Shown: positions 10,033 through 18,224 of the stretch, piece by piece
Position numbering within the stretch: the stretch's first letter is position 1
Layout: each line of letters starts with the position of its first letter
The notes under the pieces: model-generated
The model's input: the letters and a program-made list of their open reading frames with translations, nothing else
Told to the model about the DNA's origin: nothing
Database searches by the model: none
NCBI GenBank assembly: GCA_045561055.1
Contig: JBJKYL010000017.1
Span: forward strand, 246,518-310,517
Direction: 5' to 3'
Length of the DNA: 64,000 nucleotides
Source: Candidatus Rariloculaceae bacterium
Lineage (GTDB): Bacteria > Pseudomonadota > Gammaproteobacteria > Steroidobacterales > Rariloculaceae
Position numbers and translations under genes: made by a program

Positions 10033-10454
10033 TATTATTTTAAGACTGAATCAGAACGGAAAAGTAATCTCGGCTCGATTGTGGCGAGATTTAACTAGAC
10101 GAGTTCATTCATAATCACTCGAAGGTTTTCTATATACGACGTCGATACAAAAGTGATAGTCCGTCAGTTATGCAGGATATTTCGATTGCGAGCCGGTTGT
10201 CGGCGGAAATAACGCGTTCTAGCATGGGCATGTCCGGATTAGGAAGCCCATGGTATTCAGGGTTTTCAGATACCAAGTGCTCTTGTGTCATCCGGATGTC
10301 GGGTCTACAATCGCGCTTCATCCGTTCGGGCGGAATGCGATAGAGGCATCACTAGACGGCTACTAACATGCGCAAATTTATTGTAAAAAAGCTACAAATA
10401 ATATGAGCCATGGCCGCTGTTGATTCAGATTGTTAAATATAGAAGGAGGTATTT

Positions 10455-10982
10455 ATCCCCCAAGGTAAGCGCGCAAGACGCAATGATGAGATTACGACGC
10501 CCGATGTACGGGTCATCGGTGCAAATGGAGAGCAGGTAGGCGTGATGCCTATTGGAGAAGCATTAGGTCAAGCGGAATCTGCCGGTATGGATCTAGTAGA
10601 AGTGGCGCCTAATTCGGTTCCTCCCGTTTGTCGAGTTATGGACTACGGTAAGTTTGTGTTTGAGGCGAGCAAGAAGGCTCAGTCTGCGCGGAGGAAACAG
10701 AAGCAAATTAATGTTAAGGAAATTAAGTTTCGTCCTGGTACCGAGGAAGGTGATTATCAGGTTAAATTGCGGAGCTTGGTTAAATTTCTCGAGAGTGGTG
10801 ATAAGACAAAGGTAACTCTGAGATTTCGAGGGCGTGAGATGGCTCATCAAGAAGTTGGTGCGGATTTGTTGAAACGAGTACGGGTAGACCTGGATGGAAT
10901 CAGTGTTGTTGAGCAACTCCCGCAGTTAGAAGGTCGGCAAATGATTATGATTCTGGCGCCAAAAAAACGTCCATCACGATAG
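10455..10982 (+). CDS. infC: Translation initiation factor IF-3, non-canonical ATC start
   Basis: GGAGG (10445-10449) 5 nt before in-frame ATC; reads [22 protein letters not shown] into [25 protein letters not shown]. Confidence 0.93.
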   Translation: MPQGKRARRNDEITTPDVRVIGANGEQVGVMPIGEALGQAESAGMDLVEVAPNSVPPVCRVMDYGKFVFEASKKAQSARRKQKQINVKEIKFRPGTEEGDYQVKLRSLVKFLESGDKTKVTLRFRGREMAHQEVGADLLKRVRVDLDGISVVEQLPQLEGRQMIMILAPKKRPSR

Positions 10983-11100
10983 CCGGGCGTATTACATTGG
11001 ATGCGCCCAGTCCGGCGTAGAGAATAGGCCGTCATTGATTGACGGCGATGCCCGATAGATCCAGGCAAAGCTCGATCGAGGCATGGACTAGGAGATATAT

Positions 11101-11298
11101 ATGCCGAAGCTAAAAAGTAATCGTGGCGCAGCGAAGCGATTTTCCCGTACTGGCAAGGGTGGCTACAAACGTGGACAATCTTTTCGAAGCCACATTTTGA
11201 CTAAGAAAAGCCCGAAGAGGAAACGGCAGCTTGGGGCGACTTTACAGGTTGCTCAACCCGATGTTAAATCCGTACGGAAGTTACTACCCTATAGTTAA
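11101..11298 (+). CDS. rpmI: 50S ribosomal protein L35
   Basis: [20 protein letters not shown]. Confidence 0.97.
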   Translation: MPKLKSNRGAAKRFSRTGKGGYKRGQSFRSHILTKKSPKRKRQLGATLQVAQPDVKSVRKLLPYS

Positions 11299-11307
11299 GG
11301 ACGCACA

Positions 11308-11667
11308 ATGGCTAGAGTAAAACGTGGGGTTGTCGCGAAAGCCCGTCACAAGAAGATCCTCGGTCAGGCGAAAGGCTACTATGGTGCCCGGCGCAAAACT
11401 TATCGGGTAGCAAAACAAGCTGTTATTAAGGCGGGGCAGTACGCCTATCGTGATCGTCGTCAGCGAAAACGACAATTTCGTGCTCTTTGGATTACAAGAA
11501 TCAATGCGGCGGCGCGGTTGCATGGCCTATCGTACAGTCGGTTGATTCATGGTTTGAATCTAGCAGATATCGAGATCGATCGAAAAATCCTGGCGGATAT
11601 TGCTGTTTACGATCAAACGGCATTCGGTTTGATCGCGGAGGCTGCAAAAGAATCTCTCGCCTCCTAG
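11308..11667 (+). CDS. rplT: 50S ribosomal protein L20
   Basis: [26 protein letters not shown]. Confidence 0.98.
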   Translation: MARVKRGVVAKARHKKILGQAKGYYGARRKTYRVAKQAVIKAGQYAYRDRRQRKRQFRALWITRINAAARLHGLSYSRLIHGLNLADIEIDRKILADIAVYDQTAFGLIAEAAKESLAS

Positions 11668-11679
11668 TTTTGTACAGGC

Positions 11680-12681
11680 TTGAATAGGTTTTTTCCTGTG
11701 AGCCAGACAGCTCAATTTCTTGAACAAGCTAAAGCGGCTGTCCAGTGTGCTTCAACGCTGGATGAAATCGATTCCATACGGGTGAAATTTCTAGGACGGA
11801 AAGGAGTGTTCACCGTTCAATTGAAAGAGCTTGGTAAATTACCGGCGGTCGAGCGCCCAGCGGCTGGTCAGGTTATTAACGAAGCTAAACACCAACTGAT
11901 GAGCGCAATTAGAGTTCGTCAGCAGGAATTGGAGCGGGAGCGAATCCAGGTTGCTCTTACTGCGGAGGCGCTCGATGTGGCATTGCCCGGTCGTGGACAG
12001 CTCGGCGGTTCGATACACCCCATTACGCGAACTATTCGGCGCATGCAGCGCATCTTTGTTAAGGCAGGATTCGAAGTATATACGGGCCCAGAGATCGAGG
12101 ATGAATTTCATAATTTCTCTGCGTTAAATATTCTCGAAAACCATCCAGCGCGTGCGATGCACGATACCTTTTATCTGGAATCTGGGTTGCTGCTAAGGAC
12201 GCATACTTCCCCAGTTCAGATTCGCGCGATGGAGGAAAACGGGGTTCCGATACGTCTAATTGCTCCTGGACGTGCTTATCGCTGTGATTCAGATCTAACA
12301 CATTCACCGATGTTCAACCAAATAGAGGTATTGGCAGTTGATAGGGGGATTAGTTTTGCTAATCTAAAATCTTGCCTTTATCAATTTCTCTCTAATTTTT
12401 TCGAGCGAGATGTTGAACTGCGATTCCGGCCGTCTTATTTCCCATTTACAGAGCCCTCCGCCGAGGTCGACGTGCTATCCGAGAACGATCAATGGTTGGA
12501 AATTCTCGGCTGCGGTATGGTGCATCCCAATGTCCTCAGAGGCGTCGGTGTGGACCCTGAGGAGTTCACGGGCTATGCGCTGGGCTTTGGTGTAGAGCGT
12601 CTGGCGATGCTTCGCTATGGAGTAAAGGATCTAAGACTATTTTTCGAAAATGATTTGCGCTTCCTGGAGCAATTCCAATGA
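11680..12681 (+). CDS. pheS: Phenylalanyl-tRNA synthetase alpha subunit (start may be GTG 11698)
   Basis: HPARAMHDTFY, RTHTSPVQ, FRPSYFPFTEPS, GFGVERLAM. Confidence 0.97.
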   Translation: MNRFFPVSQTAQFLEQAKAAVQCASTLDEIDSIRVKFLGRKGVFTVQLKELGKLPAVERPAAGQVINEAKHQLMSAIRVRQQELERERIQVALTAEALDVALPGRGQLGGSIHPITRTIRRMQRIFVKAGFEVYTGPEIEDEFHNFSALNILENHPARAMHDTFYLESGLLLRTHTSPVQIRAMEENGVPIRLIAPGRAYRCDSDLTHSPMFNQIEVLAVDRGISFANLKSCLYQFLSNFFERDVELRFRPSYFPFTEPSAEVDVLSENDQWLEILGCGMVHPNVLRGVGVDPEEFTGYALGFGVERLAMLRYGVKDLRLFFENDLRFLEQFQ

Positions 12682-12691
12682 GTAGCGTGCT

Positions 12692-15067
12692 ATGCGATTA
12701 AACGTAGACTGGCTTCGGGATTGGGTGGATACCGAGCTCAATCCTGCCGAGATCGCAGACTGTTTGACGATCGCAGGTCACGAGGTCAGTTCTATTGAAC
12801 CAGTCACTGGAAATATCGAGGGTCTCGTAGTCGGCCAGATTGTGTCAGTGAAACCGCATCCAGATGCGGATCGCTTGGTCATTTGCCAGGTCAATGACGG
12901 TAGGAAGGAACATACTGTTGTTTGTGGTGCACCGAACGCTACCTACAATCTGAAAGCACCATTCGCTCCAGTCGGCGCTCTGTTGCCGGGCGATGTCAAT
13001 ATTAAACGGACAAAACTCAGGGGCATTATGTCTAGCGGGATGCTCTGTTCTAGCAAAGAACTTGGACTGTCCGAAAATTCTAGTGGTTTGCTGGTGTTAC
13101 CGGAAGATGCGCCAACTGGTAAATCTATAAAAGAATACCTCCGGTTAGACGATTCAATTCTTGACCTAGAACTGACACCGAACCGGGGAGATTGTTTCAG
13201 TGTGCTCGGTATAGCCCGAGAGATAGCTGCTATCGAAGAGTTAAAGCTAGGTTCGCCATCCAGGGAAATCATTGACGCACAGAATACCGAAATATTTGAG
13301 GTGAAATTACAGGCAAACGAAGCCTGTCCGAGCTTTTGTGGCCGCGTCATCCGTAATGTTTCAATTTCTGCGGACACCCCGATATGGATGGCGGAAAGGC
13401 TGCGACGTGCTGGATTCAGAACTATTAATCCGGTTGTGGACATAACTAACTATGTGATGCTCGAACTTGGTCAGCCGTTGCATGGCTACGACGTAGCTAA
13501 ACTCGATACTGAAATAATCGTTCGCTTCGCAAAGGAAGCTGAAAAGCTCACTTTACTTGATGGACGAGAGCTAACTCTTCATTCCGACGTGATGGTAATA
13601 GCGGATGACTCCGGCGCAATTGGACTGGCGGGCATTATGGGCGGCAAAAGTACCGCCGTTGATGGTTCGACGAAAAATGTTTTTCTCGAGGCCGCGTTCT
13701 TCTCGCCAGATGCAATGGCCGGTAGGGCCAGGCGCTACAAGTTGCATACCGATGCTTCGATGCGCTTTGAACGAGGTGTCGATCCAGAAATCCAGAATTT
13801 CGCCATGGAACGAGCTACTAATTTACTGCTTGAAATAGCCGGTGGAGAGGCTGGGCCAGTAATGGTAACGAAGCAGCGTGAACACCTCCCAGAAACGTCA
13901 TTGATCACCTTACGACATGATCGATTGCAGTCTATGCTCGGTCTGAATGTCGCTCCCGCCCAGATAGAGAAAATCCTCAAAGCGCTCGGTATGAAAGTTG
14001 ATCAACAGCACGGTGCTTGGCATGTCACACCACCTAGTTTTCGTTTCGATTTAAGTATTGAAGAGGACCTTATAGAGGAGGTCGCCCGGATGATCGGGTA
14101 CGCCAATATACCTGTTACCCCAGAACTCACTAAGGATTCCCTTGGCGGTGCTACCGAAGAAACAATAGAGGAAGAACAGCTAAAAGACCTGCTTGCCCGG
14201 CGCGGATACTCAGAAATCATTTCCTACACTTTCGTCGACGAAGAATTGGAAAGCATGATCAACCCCGGAACAGAAAGTATACGATTGGTCAATCCAATCT
14301 CTACAGAACAGAGTGTGTTACGTCGATCCTTATGGCCCGGATTATTGAAGACGGCTGTTCAAAATATGAGTCGTCAACACAGTCGTATGCGGCTATTTGA
14401 AACGGGTACACAGTTCCTCTCGAAGGACGGTAGAATTGATGAAGCTACGGTATTAGCGGGACTTGCAGCCGGAGCTCGTTGGCCAGAGCACTGGGACTTT
14501 AAAAAAATACAGAGCGATTTCTTCGATATTAAAGGGGACATTGAAGCGATCTTTAGTTTTACAGGTATGCTGGATAAAATTAGATTTGTTGCCGCGGAAC
14601 ATCCTGCACTAAAACCAGGACAGACGGCACGTGTCGAAATTAATAATATAAATGCTGGATGGTTAGGTATATTGCATCCAGCTGTCGAACAACAATTAGG
14701 AATTCGAACTAGCGTTGTGTTGTTTTCACTTCGTTTAAAGGAGACATTGCAGTCAGCTATCCCGGTTTTTCAAGCCTACTCTAAATTTCCGTCTATACGT
14801 CGGGATATTGCGTTGCTTGTTGATGAAAACATCTCAGTGAATCAGATTCTTAATAGCGTGCGTTTAATGGCTGGGGATATTTTACAAAATGTCATAATAT
14901 TTGATGTCTACCGGGGTGAAGGCATAGATTCGAGACTAAAAAGCATCGGTTTGGGGTTGATTTTGCAAGATAATTCACGCACGCTTACTGATGTGGATGC
15001 GGATAGAGTCGTTCTTTCTGTCACGGAACGTCTAGAGCATGTTCACGGGGCCAAATTAAGAATTTAG
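12692..15067 (+). CDS. pheT: Phenylalanyl-tRNA synthetase beta subunit
   Basis: [37 protein letters not shown]. Confidence 0.97.
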   Translation: MRLNVDWLRDWVDTELNPAEIADCLTIAGHEVSSIEPVTGNIEGLVVGQIVSVKPHPDADRLVICQVNDGRKEHTVVCGAPNATYNLKAPFAPVGALLPGDVNIKRTKLRGIMSSGMLCSSKELGLSENSSGLLVLPEDAPTGKSIKEYLRLDDSILDLELTPNRGDCFSVLGIAREIAAIEELKLGSPSREIIDAQNTEIFEVKLQANEACPSFCGRVIRNVSISADTPIWMAERLRRAGFRTINPVVDITNYVMLELGQPLHGYDVAKLDTEIIVRFAKEAEKLTLLDGRELTLHSDVMVIADDSGAIGLAGIMGGKSTAVDGSTKNVFLEAAFFSPDAMAGRARRYKLHTDASMRFERGVDPEIQNFAMERATNLLLEIAGGEAGPVMVTKQREHLPETSLITLRHDRLQSMLGLNVAPAQIEKILKALGMKVDQQHGAWHVTPPSFRFDLSIEEDLIEEVARMIGYANIPVTPELTKDSLGGATEETIEEEQLKDLLARRGYSEIISYTFVDEELESMINPGTESIRLVNPISTEQSVLRRSLWPGLLKTAVQNMSRQHSRMRLFETGTQFLSKDGRIDEATVLAGLAAGARWPEHWDFKKIQSDFFDIKGDIEAIFSFTGMLDKIRFVAAEHPALKPGQTARVEINNINAGWLGILHPAVEQQLGIRTSVVLFSLRLKETLQSAIPVFQAYSKFPSIRRDIALLVDENISVNQILNSVRLMAGDILQNVIIFDVYRGEGIDSRLKSIGLGLILQDNSRTLTDVDADRVVLSVTERLEHVHGAKLRI

Positions 15068-15084
15068 AGAAACGCAGATCTGAT

Positions 15085-15384
15085 ATGGCACTCACTAAAG
15101 CTGATATGGCCGAGTCTATTTTTAATGAGCTCGGTCTTAATAAACGGGAAGCGCGCGAGCTGGTGGACTTTTTTTTCGAAGACGTTCGATCAGCATTAGC
15201 TCTAGGCGAACAGGTTAAACTTTCCGGATTTGGGAACTTTGATCTGCGGGATAAAAAACAGCGCCCAGGGCGCAATCCGAAGACAGGCGAAGAAATTCCA
15301 ATAACAGCACGACGGGTTGTGACATTTCGTCCTGGTCAGAAATTGAAGGCAAGAGTAGAGTCCTATGCTGGAACCCGGGAATAA
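15085..15384 (+). CDS. ihfA: Integration host factor alpha
   Basis: [28 protein letters not shown]; follows pheT. Confidence 0.97.
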   Translation: MALTKADMAESIFNELGLNKREARELVDFFFEDVRSALALGEQVKLSGFGNFDLRDKKQRPGRNPKTGEEIPITARRVVTFRPGQKLKARVESYAGTRE

Positions 15385-15721
15385 CGACGAGCTTCCTCCC
15401 ATCCCAGGGAAGCGTTACTTTACGATCGGTGAAGTGAGCAGTCTTTGTGGTGTTAAACCGCATGTGTTGAGATACTGGGAGCAAGAGTTTCCTCAGGTTA
15501 AGCCGGTCAAGCGGCGCGGTAATCGGCGCTATTATCAACGCCAAGATGTGCTCATTATTCGGCAGATTCGCAGTCTGTTGTATGAGGACGGATTTACCAT
15601 CGGCGGTGCTCGGCAAAAACTTACTGGTAACGAAGCGCGCCATGACACGAGCCAGAGTCAACAGATTGTCAAGCAGGTTCGGATTGAGCTAGAGGATATC
15701 CTTAAGATTCTTCGCCGCTAA
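15365..15721 (+). CDS. MerR-family transcriptional regulator
   Basis: [23 protein letters not shown]; conserved position after ihfA. Confidence 0.93.
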   Translation: MLEPGNNDELPPIPGKRYFTIGEVSSLCGVKPHVLRYWEQEFPQVKPVKRRGNRRYYQRQDVLIIRQIRSLLYEDGFTIGGARQKLTGNEARHDTSQSQQIVKQVRIELEDILKILRR

Positions 15722-15782
15722 TTGGTTTTTTAAAACCAACTCCACCTAGAAGTACAGTTTTCGTTAGACTTCCCAATACGGT

Positions 15783-15859
<77 letters not shown>

Positions 15860-15930
15860 ATCTTTGGTTGTATTAATTGAAATTGTAGGCGCTTTAGTTC
15901 CCAGTATTATTGAAATTTTAAGGTTTCGTT

Positions 15931-16338
15931 ATGATGCAACTACGAATTGTCTTTTCGAGTTTTCTTCAACTGGTTGTAGTTATGCTAGGGGGAATTACTA
16001 CCCTCACGGCTACGGCTGAGACAATTGCAATAATCGGCACAGGAGAAGTCGCAGGCGCCCTCGGACCGGAGTTTGCGGCTATCGGTCACGAAATCGTCTA
16101 CGGGTCGCGTAACCCAGACAGAGAGGGTGTCAACGAACTTGTTGGCAAAACAGGTGTAATGGCGTCGGCTACCGGTCAACGCGAAGCCGCGCAGCGTGGA
16201 CAGATAGTTATTCTCGCCGTGCCCTGGAATGTCGTGGGAACGACCTTAAATACCCTTGGTGACCTTTCTGGCAAGATAGTACTAGACCCAACTAATTTCT
16301 TTTGTCGTACTGATTTCAGGACCGTTGCATTTGAGTAA
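15931..16338 (+). pseudogene. Truncated NADPH-dependent F420 reductase-like oxidoreductase (N-terminal half)
   Basis: IAIIGTGEVAGALG Rossmann motif, GSR, ILAVPW, GKIVLDPTN, then similarity ends abruptly and the ORF runs into ilvD. Confidence 0.7.
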
Positions 16339-18016
16339 AAGTAACAAAGTTGATCCTCGTCAACACTCTCGCATCGTTGTAGACGGGCTAGCGCAGGCGC
16401 CAAGCCGGGCGATGCTGCGGGCAGTAGGTTTTACCGAGGAGGATTTCTCTAAACCCCAGGTTGGTATTGCGTCAATGGGTAGTATGGTTACGCCATGTAA
16501 CATGCACCTGGACGGACTGGCGAAGATTACAGCTGAAAGCGCAGATGCGATGGGCGGTAAAAGTATTGTTTTCAATACGATTACTGTTTCCGACGGAATT
16601 TCTATGGGTACCGCGGGGATGCGATATTCTTTAGTTTCGCGGGAGGTTATCGCGGACTCTATTGAAGCTGTGGTGGAAGCTGAAGGCTTCGATGGGGTTG
16701 TTGCTATTGGTGGTTGCGATAAGAATATGCCTGGTTGCGTAATGGCAATGGCGCGTCTCGACCGGCCGTCGGTTTTTGTTTATGGCGGAACTATTCAGCC
16801 GGGACCGAAACAACGGGACATCGTGTCTGTTTTCGAAGCTGTCGGCGGTGTAGCCACAGGAAATGTTAGCGAAGCCGAGCTAAAAGAAGTTGAGTCTACA
16901 GCGATTCCGGGACCGGGTTCTTGTGCTGGAATGTATACGGCAAACACTATGGCATCAGCAATCGAAGCCATGGGTCTCAGTTTGGGTAATAGCTCGGCTC
17001 AGGAGGCTGTTTCGGATGCCAAGCAACGTGATTGTATGCAAGCTGGTAAAGCGGTTATGGAGCTGATTCGGCGTGGCATCAAGCCATCAGATATCCTTTC
17101 GAAGGAAGCTTTTGAGAATGCGATTACAGTTACTATTGCACTTGGCGGTTCCACTAACGCTGTACTTCATTTGTTGGCAATGGCCAACGATGCGCAAGTT
17201 GAGCTTACGTTAGAAGATTTTACGCGAATTGGAGCATACGTCCCTGTCGTTGGAGATCTTCGTCCGAGTGGGCGCTACCTAATGTCTGAGCTTATTAAGA
17301 TTGGGGGCATACAGCCTCTGATGAAAACGTTGCTCGAAGCAGGACTATTGCATGGAGACTGTCTTACTGTTACGGGAAATACCCTAAAACAAAATTTAGC
17401 CGATGTGAGGAGCTATCCTGATGGTCAGGATATTATTCGGCCGCTCGCCAACCCTATAAAAACTGATAGTCACCTAGCGGTGCTTTATGGAAATCTAGCG
17501 CCGGAAGGCGCGATTGCAAAAATATCAGGTAAAGAAGGTACGCGATTTACCGGAACAGCGCGCGTTTTCCACTCGGAGGAGAGTTCTCTAAAAGCTATTT
17601 TGAGCGGAGCCATTGTTGTCGGTGATGTTATCGTAATTCGTTACGAAGGTCCCAAAGGCGGGCCGGGTATGCGTGAGATGTTAAGTCCTACGGGAGCTAT
17701 TATCGGTCGTGGTCTCGGTGATAAAGTCGCGCTTATCACAGATGGACGTTTCTCTGGGGGAAGCCATGGTTTCGTTGTTGGTCACGTTACTCCGGAAGCC
17801 GCTGTGGGCGGTCCGATCGGGCTCTTAAAGAACGGCGATACGATCACTATCGATAGTGAAACAAAACGTATCGATGTTCATTTGTCGGAAGATGAACTTG
17901 ATGCCCGGATGAATGTTTGGGAACCACCGGAGGCAAAAGCTACACGAGGGCTGCTTGCGAAGTATGCTCGCCTCGTCAGTTCAGCATCTTTAGGCGCAAT
18001 TACTGATCGTCTCTGA
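16325..18016 (+). CDS. ilvD: Dihydroxy-acid dehydratase
   Basis: PCNMHL, SDGISMG, GCDKNMPG, CAGMYTANTM, GGSTN, GPKGGPGMREM, TDGRFSG. Confidence 0.96.
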   Translation: MHLSKSNKVDPRQHSRIVVDGLAQAPSRAMLRAVGFTEEDFSKPQVGIASMGSMVTPCNMHLDGLAKITAESADAMGGKSIVFNTITVSDGISMGTAGMRYSLVSREVIADSIEAVVEAEGFDGVVAIGGCDKNMPGCVMAMARLDRPSVFVYGGTIQPGPKQRDIVSVFEAVGGVATGNVSEAELKEVESTAIPGPGSCAGMYTANTMASAIEAMGLSLGNSSAQEAVSDAKQRDCMQAGKAVMELIRRGIKPSDILSKEAFENAITVTIALGGSTNAVLHLLAMANDAQVELTLEDFTRIGAYVPVVGDLRPSGRYLMSELIKIGGIQPLMKTLLEAGLLHGDCLTVTGNTLKQNLADVRSYPDGQDIIRPLANPIKTDSHLAVLYGNLAPEGAIAKISGKEGTRFTGTARVFHSEESSLKAILSGAIVVGDVIVIRYEGPKGGPGMREMLSPTGAIIGRGLGDKVALITDGRFSGGSHGFVVGHVTPEAAVGGPIGLLKNGDTITIDSETKRIDVHLSEDELDARMNVWEPPEAKATRGLLAKYARLVSSASLGAITDRL

Positions 18017-18026
18017 TCTTCCCGTC

Positions 18027-18055
18027 TTGACGTGGAAGCAAGTAGGCTTTAACTT
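18027..18055 (+). promoter_or_regulatory. Sigma70-like promoter for the lysC-lysA leader
   Basis: TTGACG (18027-18032), 17-bp spacer, TAACTT (18050-18055). Confidence 0.6.
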
Positions 18056-18062
18056 GCAAGGC

Positions 18063-18146
18063 ATGGATTGCATAGATAAAAAGCATGAAAGCTTTCTGAT
18101 TGTCACGCGAAAGCAGACAAAAAGCGGGGTAGTGTCCATGCATTAG
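18063..18146 (+). CDS. Putative Lys-containing leader peptide MDCIDKKHESFLIVTRKQTKSGVVSMH
   Basis: 27-aa ORF overlapping alternative hairpins upstream of a terminator; tandem AAA-AAG at codons 6-7. Confidence 0.65.
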   Translation: MDCIDKKHESFLIVTRKQTKSGVVSMH

Positions 18147-18174
18147 TGTTCTAATGCTATGGTCACTAGAAAAG

Positions 18175-18207
18175 CCCGCTGAGGAAACTCATAGCGGGTT
18201 TTTTTTT
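18175..18207 (+). terminator. Intrinsic terminator (attenuator) upstream of lysC-lysA
   Basis: CCCGCTGAG-GAAA-CTC(AT)AGCGGG followed by T9, ending 17 nt before the ATG. Confidence 0.88.
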
Positions 18208-18224
18208 GAAGGAGCTATATTTAG

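Noticed and set aside
10130-10343. Small ORFs in the thrS gap (57 aa on + from 10170; 63 aa on -)
   Set aside because: No SD, no recognisable motifs, no ThrRS similarity
18060-18210. Lysine (L-box) or c-di-GMP riboswitch as explanation of the lysC-lysA leader
   Set aside because: Region before the terminator is too short for an L-box and lacks its AGAGGUGC-type core; no c-di-GMP-I consensus recognised. An Rfam scan is still needed.
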